This document shows positions 1-10,400 of a stretch of 33,000 nucleotides of DNA, in pieces; the first letter of the stretch is position 1, and every line of letters starts with the position of its first letter. Below the pieces are notes generated by a model. The model was not told the DNA's origin and ran no database searches. It worked only from the letters and a program-made list of their open reading frames with translations. The position numbers and the translations under genes are program-made. The stretch covers positions 82,324 to 115,323 of the forward strand of contig RDEW01000047.1 of NCBI GenBank assembly GCA_011109175.1, read 5' to 3'. Source of the stretch: Dicyema japonicum. Taxonomy: Eukaryota; Animalia; Dicyemida.

Positions 1-13
1 TGTATTCCGTCTC

Positions 14-160
14 TGCCAGGCTGGCACGAAAAAGGATCATTTGCTCTCCCTCACTCCACTGGAGGGGTTTTCATAACTGCAACTATGGAAGTCTTTTACC
101 CTTTATGCTGATTCTGGATGGACTCTGTTTTTGTAGAAGTGGAAGCTGGATGCACTTAAT
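14..160 (+). repeat. Partial copy of the dispersed structured-RNA repeat family (3' half of the motif plus downstream body)
   Basis: TGCCAGGCTGGCACGAAAAAGGATCATTTGCTCTCCC..GGAGGGGTTT (14-70) nearly matches 18381-18438. GATGC..TTAATTGGTTG (~139-156) matches 18143-18163. Confidence 0.75.
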
Positions 161-271
161 TGGTTGTTTACTTTAACTTACTCCTCAGTGCATCCGGAGT
201 TAATAAATAAATAAAATAGAATTTAAAAAAATTTATTTGAATAAATATTCAATTTTATATTTTATTTTAAA

Positions 272-2061
272 ATGACGGATAACAATGACCAGATAAATTA
301 TCAAAAGATTGATATTTTTAAATTTTTTGATTTTCTGAGGGTTTTTTCCTTTCATAATTTATTGATCTTCTCAATAATAACTTTTATTTGCATCAACGGG
401 GCGTGGAATTTGATTAGTTCAGTGTTTGTCGGATATATTCCAGAATCCTTCCATTGTCGACTACCAGGCAATCTTTGTAAATAATTTTAGAAAATGGGAC
501 CCTTTCTGGTCACATCCCTACTAATTCCAACGGGGAGTTCGAAAACTGTTTTAAGTTTGTGATGAAAACCAACAAAATAGGGCCATGTGGTGCGGAAGGG
601 TGGACATATGTCCATCCCTACAAACCTTCAATCACTACGAAAGTATATTTTTTGTGATTCTGACAGTTTAATGCAGTATGCGAGAGAGCTTATCTCATGA
701 AACTTGCTGATACGACATACATGATCGGATCAATTGTAGTAGGACCATTATTGATGCCTTTCTCTGACTGGTTTGGTCGGAAATGGATTATTATTGCGCT
801 TCTTCTTATTCAGGCTGTCTTAAACTTTGGAACACTTCTAATCACCTCCGTGGAGGCATACATTGGAATTCGTTTCTTCATAGGGATGACCAATAGAGTT
901 GTTTTGTATGATTCACATAGATGGCCTCCAACCTTGGGTTCATATTCTTGAATGAATCCTTTTCCAAGACCCTTAGAGCCAAAGCATACATTTTAGTTAT
1001 CTCTTCGTGGAGTTTTGCGATGCTTGCTTTGGTTTTGGTTTGGTACATTGTACCGAATTGGATATATTTTCAACTATTTTTAGGAGTGGCCGGTTCAATT
1101 TCCTTTATATTCATATGGTAATTTGACCATTTTGATATTAGGGTTATGCCCGAATCCCCAGTATGGCTGATTGCAAACAAAAAATATTCGGAAGTGGTAA
1201 AGTTCATGAAGAAGACTACTAACGACCCGCAACTTTCTCTTAGTATGTTCTACAAAGATAGCCAAGACGAGTCAGAACTGATTCTAACTTTAGGGAAATT
1301 ATCCGCCCAAAAAAGCACAGTCATTTGGACCTCTTCAGAACAGCCAAGATCCGTCGACTTAGTTTCATTTTAATGTTCACGTGGTTTACTTATTGCGAAA
1401 CTCTAGGTTTGTTACCGCCATGGTCTATTTTGGACTTACCTTCTCAATTGGGAGTTTTAAGGGGAATTTTTATTTAAATATGACTCTAAACGCACTCGTG
1501 GAGATCCCCTCCTATATCCTGGCCTTAGTACTCACATCAAAGTCGTGGTTTCATATATTACTAGATTTGGAGGAAAGAAGGCAATTATCATCTCTTATTT
1601 TATCGCAGGAGTCTGCAATATTTTGGCTGCGTTTATGTTTCCCGACGTGAGTAGATATAACTTGGGGTAGCTTAGTTTCCAAAAACAATGTTGATAAGAT
1701 CGCATTAGCTTCAACAGTCGTCGGGAAGTTTGGGATCACAGCAACTTATTCCATTATTGGACTATTAACCTCTGAAGTGATGCCTACCGTCATTAGGTAG
1801 AGATTGAAATGCATTTTAGGGGCATTTCTGATGGAGTAATGAAGGCTGTTGAAGGAATTGGCGGGGTTTTAGCCACTATAATACTCGCTTCAGCAAAAGC
1901 TAAGGTTGCGGTATAAACAAGTTCAGGGTTCTATTGAAATCATGAAAAGGACATTGTTTGGCGTATTGGCAATCTTGGCTGGGATTTTTATCTTTTTTTT
2001 ACCGGACACAAATAAAAAGGCTTTACCGGAAACCGTAAAAGACCTTGAAGAGATTAACTAA
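272..2061 (+). CDS. SLC22/MFS organic cation-anion transporter family protein, 11 exons, 518 aa
   Basis: Removing introns 468-490 (GC-AG), 643-666, 898-920, 1118-1141, 1271-1293, 1384-1406, 1542-1564, 1651-1675, 1797-1819 and 1905-1926 gives one 1557-nt ORF. Family motifs appear in the correct order: CRLP, SITTKFNAVC, FSDWFGRK, WVMPESPVWL, DLFRTAKIR, WFVTAMVYFGL, LVEIPSY, GKFGIT, SEVMPTVIRG, LPDTNKKALPET. Confidence 0.93.
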
Positions 2062-2069
2062 ATCACCCG

Positions 2070-3300
2070 TCACACTAAAACACTAACAATTAATTCTTGC
2101 AAGATTTTATTTTTTGGCATTTTTTTTGGTCGCTGCAAAATAAAGGACCCGAGTCTTTTTGGATAAAGAATCGTCCGCTCAAAGGGAATTAATTCGCTTG
2201 ATTCTTTGCCATTCTGGTAGGTGAACTGATTTTTCGTTGCATGAAAAAGGTTAATGTCTTCGATTATTAACTCGAGTCGTTAGTTTGGCGTTCTCTTTTC
2301 GCCGGTTTAAAATATACACAGAAAAGAGCAGTAGAGCGTCCCTACCAATCGGATGCAGCTGAAGAGGTACTGGTAATATAACTATTCCAGTTTTACCGAC
2401 AGTTCCACATAAATCTACACCAAATGATGGTTGAGTCCATTTTAAGAATAGCTTGATTCCGTTGAAGACTCGGAAGCAGGGAATGACTATATCGATTGGC
2501 CATCTATGACATATTCTATCGTAATTGTTCGGTCAGGCGATAGAACTTGATATCTTCGTTCATGAAATTGTCCAGTCTTTACTTGTTTGTAAGTAAAAAC
2601 AAAAATAATGTTCGGAAGGGCAAAAAATGACAGACACACATTAACCTGTCCCCAAGAAACGATTAGTTACTATACTAACTATACTTATACAAGATCTCCC
2701 CAGAATATTATTTCATCCCTATTTTTAGGCCCTACCTCAGTTTCACTCGATTATCTCCGTGAGGATAGGACGACTCTGATGGCTAATGCTCAATTTTATT
2801 GTGGAATCAAACCAGTTATCCAAGGAGTTAATTGGTCGGAAGATTGTGATGGTGGCGTACCTCTCTTCACATAATGTCTAGTTAACCTCATGATAAGTGA
2901 AAGCCCATGTCTTTCTTCTTCCCTTGAGAATGACGAGATGACGGACTTGTGAGACATTGGAAACCCTTAATTCTGAAAAAAGGGACCGTCGGGTGCACAT
3001 AAGATTTCTAATCTTCCAGTCCAAAATTGAGAAAAATTGGAGTATCACCTCAGAAGCTGCGATATGATTCTATATATGCCGCTGATAATAATCAAATTCT
3101 CTATGGCAACCAAATATATATTCATAAAGCTGTTTGGTTCATTTTATCAGCACCACCTGCGACATCTAACCCACATGGAACCACAATGATTACTCATCCT
3201 TTATTTCCAGGTCTCCTCGTGGTTTTAGCGGTTTTTCGTAAATAAATTTTTCCCACAAAAACCATAGCCTTAACCCTTTAATCTCACATCAAATTTGTAT
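2070..3300. other. Probable intron-fragmented coding region, strand and product unresolved
   Basis: The minus strand has consecutive stop-free stretches of ~45-90 codons, ending near 2070. The plus strand can also be joined through 22-24-nt GT..YAG segments (e.g. 2521-2543). No family motif was recognised with confidence. Confidence 0.3.
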
Positions 3301-4247
3301 GCACTTTATAGAGTTTTAATCAATATATTTTTGGTGATATTGAAAATTTGCATTTTTAACATATTTAGTCATTTAATTAGAACGAACAAATTAAACACTC
3401 AGGATTATCTTCAGAACGACACGTTTTCGTTTAATAATCGACTCAGAGAGCCTCGTGAACGGAGATGGTTTTCGCATATCCTGGGAATGGCTATTTCCGC
3501 GGCAGTTCCCTCTCTCATTTGCCAGATGGAGCATGATTTGTCACCGATGTCTTTTTTTTGCTTTATCTTAATAAAGCGAAAATTGGTGGAATTGCATTAA
3601 TTTGCGGTTAAATTTATTATTAATTGTTATTAGCGTGGGACGTTTTTATAATAATAACAATTCAAGTCGATTACAGGAAATTTTAAATCGTCCAGAATGG
3701 CCAAAAATCAAAAAAATACAAGTCAGATGTTCGAACTCAGGTATTAACGTCATAACCACAACCTAATTTACCAAAAATTTATATTTATTAGTTCGGACAA
3801 CATCTGTACGGACAACATGTGTATGGGTAATAATTTCCCCATAAATGTTGATTTAACTCATTCTTTTGTCTCCTGTCGGTGGAAAATGAAATAAAAAAAT
3901 TCCCACAGTTCACGGGAACATCAATTCACGTCATTCCGCAAGCTCTAAAAAAAACTTCAGCATGCTCCTTCCTAGAGCCAACGCAAGTACGCATCGGGCG
4001 TGTAGCTAGTTCCATGTAGTCGAAACGGCAAGTTCTTTTGTTTTTGTATTAAGGATTCTAGATGCATTGAAGACTCAGATTTTCCAGAAGTCCATCGTTC
4101 CGTAATTTTAGAAGTATCTTCGATTTTCATGGAATCTGTCCAAGAGATAACGGGGAATTTAATTAGAGATAACGGAATGAATACGATAGTGACCTATATG
4201 TTTATTTGATGAGGTTTGAATCCAAATTAAATAAAGCTTCAATNACT

Positions 4248-4461
4248 TTAATCTTCTTTTATAGGCGCAATGTCAAACTGGTACAGTCCAGCAAGAAAAT
4301 TAAGCTATCCACAAAATACGGAGAAGGCTGAGTTTCCTGTTGATTACCGAATTCTTAATCTTCTTTTATAGGCGCAATGTCAAATTGGTACAGTCCAGCA
4401 AGAAAATTAAGCTATCCACAAAATACGCAGAAGGCTGAGTTTCCTGTTGATTACCGAATTC
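4248..4461 (+). repeat. 107-bp near-perfect tandem duplication beside a single N
   Basis: 4248-4354 and 4355-4461 differ at 2 positions. N at 4244. The unit contains the candidate sacsin start exon. Confidence 0.9.
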
Positions 4462-7400
4462 TCAGGGTTTGATAAATATTTTGCTTATGAATATGGTTTA
4501 TTTATATTTAGGAATTCATCGCCATTGCTGAGGAAGTCCAAGCGACTAATGTTAGATTCCTTTACCCACAAGATAACGTGTGTGCTTCTTATCAGTTATA
4601 GTTTCATCGTTCGAGAATATTTTGTGTTTATATCAACGCTTTTATAAACTCTGAGACGCTGATCAGAAATAATCAACCCTTGGATAGACAATCTCCCCTG
4701 TATTTTTGTTCGAATTTCAAAACTGTGTTCCATTTCGCAGGTATCAATGTCTTTAAATCAGATATGATGGTAACTTGGAGTGGTAATACGACCAGGAAGA
4801 GTTTGCCGAGTGGGGATGGAATCATTTCTATTGAGACCACAGAAGAAGACAAAAAAAGGATTGGACGTACTAAAGACTTGAGTTGGCTCTCCGACGTGAA
4901 AAAAGACAATTCATACATTGACGGAACAGTTTTCGAGTACAAAACGTAATTTTACTTTAAGGTTCACAGTCAAGCTTTCAATGATTGAAACTGTTTACAC
5001 GTGGATTAAAAGACTGCAAGAAGAGAATGTCGGACTTATTCTATTTCTCCTTTCCGTGGAACACGTGAACTTTTACTTTTATAAAAATGAGAACACATAT
5101 TCTGAACTTGATATTTTGATAACCGCAGATTCTCTAAAAAACGTCCAAAATAACCGAATAAAAATAAAAAACATGTTTTTATTTCACGGATTAAACCCAG
5201 AAGAAACTAATTTTATATTTGAATTTTCCATCGAAATCAAGTCTTATAAGAGTCGCCGTGAATCCTTCATAGTTTTGTTTCTCGTTGGAAAAACCGCCGT
5301 CAATACCGAATGGCGACCATTCGTCGGAGTATGCGCTCGTTTGTCAAAATCTGAGAAAGTTTATGAAAATATTCCGTCGATGTACTGCTTCTCCAACATT
5401 ACAAATGAATCTGCAGAAAATAAAGGATTTCCTGTATTTCTGCACGCAAATTTTGAATTTGACAACTCGAAAAATATAGTTCAAACAAACACAAAATCGG
5501 ATAAAAATGTGAACAAGAACACTCTCCTTATCAGTACCTGGCTTCCACGTGCTTATGTTGATTTGATAATGCATATTATTCGGAACCAAATACTCGATCA
5601 TCAGGACATTTATTCGCTGTTTCCAAAAAGTAGTGTGAGGGGGAAATGGAAAAGCATGGTCGACACCGTACTGACAAAACTGACGAATGAGAAAGATGTC
5701 GTATATGCAGAAAACAAATCTGGCTGTTTTTGGGTTAATGTCAATAAGACCCATTTCTTTGACATTTCAAAAAATCACAGCTTAGCTAATATCGTAGCAA
5801 AAATCACAAAATACTCAAATAAGCTGATTTCTGTGGTCCCATCATGGTTGATAACACAACTGGAATTATTTTCTCTGTCAAAACTCCAATTTCTTACTCC
5901 ACAAACCATGCGAACGATATTAAAATTTTGTGCTTTGGATTGTCTCAAAAATGATGAAAAAATCAAAATATTAGAATTTATTCTGTCAGATCATAAATTC
6001 GGGTAACTATTTGGGGCCATATTTTAGGGAACTTGACGGAATTCACTTACTTCCACTTCAAGATGGATCCTTCATCGAGTTTTCCTCAAATACTGAAGCA
6101 GAAAGAATTTATGTAACAGCCGACAAAGAACTATTTTTTAAGAGCAAGAGCTCCTTCGTCCTTCAATCTCTTCCTCCAAGAGTGCTATACTTACTTCGCA
6201 ACGTCAACATTTTGAGTAACAAGTCGTTCTGACATGTAGAATGTACTCAACTGTCGTTATTGGAACAAAATTATGGGGTTCACGTGACCAGACAGCAGAA
6301 TAGCGAACTATTCTTCAAAAATAACCCCCTTTCTTCACATTCTGCTGATCGGATATTATCCACCTCCAATCAATCAATCAATTTGCAAGATCTCGCGGAT
6401 CCAAATGATTCTCTTTTGACGGATTTATTTAGCAAAGTATGGATTACTGGCAACGACAACTTGGTGTCCAATTCGGGGATCTTGGACCGAATAACACGTG
6501 ATAACTTTACGGCTTCACACGCAAAGAGGATAATATCCTCACTGATGGACAATCAGAATGATTTGGAATTTATTGACAAGAAAATTACCAACCTTTTGCG
6601 GATATTTGAAGAAAAGAAGGAAATTTTGAGTCAGAGAGTTGATAAAGAAGAACTACAGAATTATCTCATCCGAACAAGATGGCTTATCCAGGAAAACAGT
6701 AGACCTTCTGAATATCCCCTACTTCTACCGTGGTATGGCGCGAAATCTCACGAGATTACATTTTATTCTCCACGTGAATTGTGTCAGCATAAATATTGGT
6801 TTCTCATTGGAAGCCAAGCAGGGGTCCACAAATTTGAATTCTCAGACCATTTGATCTCCATCTTGCAAATAGAAAAATTTCCCAGAGCAACTCAAATCGA
6901 AAAACACTACGAGTGCATCATGAGATATCGAAACGTGGACGATATCCCACATTTTAATGAATACATGAAACTCTATTACAGCTCTTTTATCCGTCATTTG
7001 ACAGAAATAAAGGGCGATGAACTGTTTTACTTATTTCCGAAGAATTTGCTGTGGAATGGCAGCAACTTTGTTGACTTAAAAAAACATTGTATCTTTAATA
7101 CGTTGTTTTTGGAGTCGATCACGGATTTGAAGAGTTTTTGCGGGATAAATTGTGAGAATAATATCTACTCATATCTGGATTCGATGGAAAGTAAATATAA
7201 AAAGTCATACATGAGAGATGAGCTACAAACTGACCTCGATCTCATATTTTCGGCTATTCACGATGTTTTTGATAGAAAGATACCTTTGGATTTGGTTAAA
7301 ATCAGACTACCAAAGCACAGCGTTGACAATCGTAGAATATTTTTTATCTCAGTTGACGATTGTTTGGCGGCAGATTCTTCTCTAAAAAATTTTAAATACG

Positions 7401-10400
7401 TGATTCATGAAGCTTTCCCAGAAAAACTAATGGAAATGTTAAAATCAGAAATCCTGAAACAAGTCAATCAATCCTTGATATCGAATCCAGAAATTTGCAA
7501 AGCTGCACGTGGCATTTTCAGATTGGCTAACAATATTGGGTCCACGAAAATCAAGCTGACGTATGACCGAAGATCAACCGCCAATTTCTCTGAAAACTCA
7601 AACGACCCTGTTACGTCATCTGAATCCTTGTGGATTTGCTACGAATCCTGCTTATCAGAACTTTCTGATAATATATTTGATTTCCTGCAGCCTTTTACAG
7701 ACAACGTTACCATTTTCACACAAAACAAAATATGTGTTTATAATTTGAAAAATAACAAAATACAGAAAAAATTCACAAGCCAGAACTCAGAATCGCTCTC
7801 AATTTACGAGGATCATTTGTCTTCCTTTAATTTGATATCTGGCTGCAAATTCACTATGTTTAATTATTCCGGGACATTGATTCGATGTCCTTTAAGCAAA
7901 TTAACCTCCGGGGATTGCCTCACTGAAATCAATGAAAAAAGCATTAAGTTGCTTTTTCGGGAGATCTCAAATTTTGGAGTGAAATTTATGCTTTATTTGG
8001 ATAAAATAGTTCAAACGTCCATTTTTCTGTTATCTAAAAATTCAAGAGAACGGGAGATACTTTTTAATCTGAAAAAATCAATTAGGATCTTACAAGCCAA
8101 CAACTCTTCCACAATTTATGACCTAAACTTTGAGGGGAATTTTACAAAAAGTGGGGGAGATTTTGTGAAATCCAGCAATATTAAAGATCTGGGTGACTGG
8201 ATTTTGGCTGTCTTTAGGAAAACGTCTTTTGTGAACGAAATATCCAGACTAAGCATTGGTTATACCGCAGTCCCCAAAAGTTACCTTACTTCGGAAGAAA
8301 CAATGCTATCTTGCGAGACATTTTTGCCTTTTTTGGAGCACGAAAGTAATGGATTTCCTGTCTATTCATATGCCGCTTTATTTGAACCCACGGATAAACA
8401 GATTCAGTTGAGTCCAGAATTTATGAAGAAATATTCTGAATCTCACAATGAGATGCTTCAAAGGGCTCTACGAGATTCATACATAATTTTTTTGGAATAT
8501 CTCAGTTCAAATGTCCCCCATTTGTTATCTTTCGAAAAATATTATTCTATGTGGCCTGTTAATCGTAACTTGACTCCCAAATACTTTCAGATAGCTATTT
8601 CCATATACGAAAAGATCTTTCTATTTGGCAGACATGTTTTTACTCACCCAAGCGGTTCTTTTTCAATCAAAAAAGTTGCTATTTTTGACGATTCTGTTTA
8701 TAAATGCCACTTTTTCGAGGAAATTATTAAAGCATATCAGCGAATCACAGGCCTACTTGTAGTAAGAAGCATTCCTAGCGCCGTAATGTCGTTTATGGTT
8801 GATAATAATGTGTTTGAAAATTTATATAATCACATTTTCGACATTAAACGGTTATACAGCGACTTTATTGATCCAAACTTGCACAGATTTGATTCGAAAC
8901 TCCGGGAAATTTTTATAAATTATGGCAAAAGTGAATTATTTTATGATTTCAAAAATACATTGAATTCTACCGGTAATTCAAATTGCGGCCAGGGCTCAGA
9001 AAAAACCGAACTACGGGACGAAAAAACCTCGGAGGAGTCAATTAAAAAAATGTATTTGGATTCTCCAAAAAATTATGTATTTCAGACTGGGGAAAGATTT
9101 TTGCACGGAATTTTGGATGATTTTATCACATTCCTCGACGAAATGAGCTGTTATTCTGTTAGAATGATTTTTGATCAACAAAGTAGTTCACAGAAGGAGT
9201 CTTTGAGTGATGATCTTGTTCGACTATCAGCCCCAAGTCTGTGTTTCGAAATCGACAAGGTTATTAGCTTGAGTGAAATAACGAGTTCTTTTAAAGTAAT
9301 GAATTCTTCAGAATCCTCATTTCAGGACCAAAGATATTTTGGGTTGCATTCCGCGCTGAATTTTTTTAAACTTGCCGTGGTATATATCAAAGATAAAGAA
9401 TTTAACTCCCTGGAGGTCGTTGAATTTGACGAAAAGAAAAATAAACTGTTAATTACAAAGTACTCCAATCTTAATTCTGTCGGGAAACTTTATTCCCAAA
9501 TTTTTGAATTTTTTGAATCCGTCACAACCACAAAATCTCGAGTGACTATTTTCCGTTTTCCCGTCGAATCTGTCCTTGGAGATGTAACCGACTTAAAGAA
9601 CTCCCTAAATCAATATAAAGGGTTGCTTGCCGAAAGCTTGATATTCATGAAGTATCTTGGTTCAATTTCTTTTCTCGTCTACGACAAAAATATCCACAAA
9701 CAGTACGAAGTTTCGTTAAGGTGCTCTTCCAATGATTCAAATGATTACAAAAACGAATATTTCGGGAGGAAAGATCCAAATAAAAAATACTCCGTCTACC
9801 AGACTACAGTATTGGTTAAAGATGAAAGTACTACTGAATATGATTGGATATGCCACAAGTTTTGTGAAAATGACCCCGAGATGTTATTTCCGAATACTAT
9901 TACTGCCTGTAATATCAAAAACAGAGATGGGAAGCTTTTCAAGGATTTCGTAAAAAATACTCGCAGTAAGAAAATAAATCAGTCACTACTTAAGAACAGA
10001 AGAGTCATTGTGAGAGGAAATTTTATCCAGAGCCAGGATTCCCGGCCCTCTTTCGGAAATGGCGTGAATAGTTCACTCGTTGCAGATTTATGGGTAAAAT
10101 CTTATTTTGTAATCTTCAATTCACTCATAAAATCATATTTTACACTCAACTGTGATGAATATTGGCAGTACTTTCCGACAAGTCAATCACTGGACTTTGA
10201 AGATGAAAATATTACCAATAAATTCATTTCAGGATTCAATAAACTGAAATTAAGAGATGGCGAGTGCTTTCCGGCCGTAAGACTTGACTCCAATAAACTG
10301 ACTTGGAAGAACTTTGAAAATTTATATTTTATTGGGGAAAGTCACGTGGAGGAAAATTCAGAAATTATTAAAGCGCTAGAAAAGTGGGAGTTGAATTTCT

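Noticed and set aside
138-195. Hammerhead ribozyme on the minus strand (GGATGCAC/GTGCATCC stem with CTGAGGA)
   Set aside because: No GAAA, no stem II and no NUH cleavage triplet.
2070-3200. ALG2/GT4 glycosyltransferase or PUL-domain identity for the minus-strand frames
   Set aside because: Only short look-alikes (GGADK, RRKTWAFTYH, WPIDIVIP). Spacing is wrong and the EX7E motif is missing.
3795-4010. Helitron 3' end (ACGC/GCGT hairpin then CTAG-T) with CGGACAACA repeats
   Set aside because: The hairpin is only 4-5 bp and too close to CTAG. No 5' end or second copy was found.
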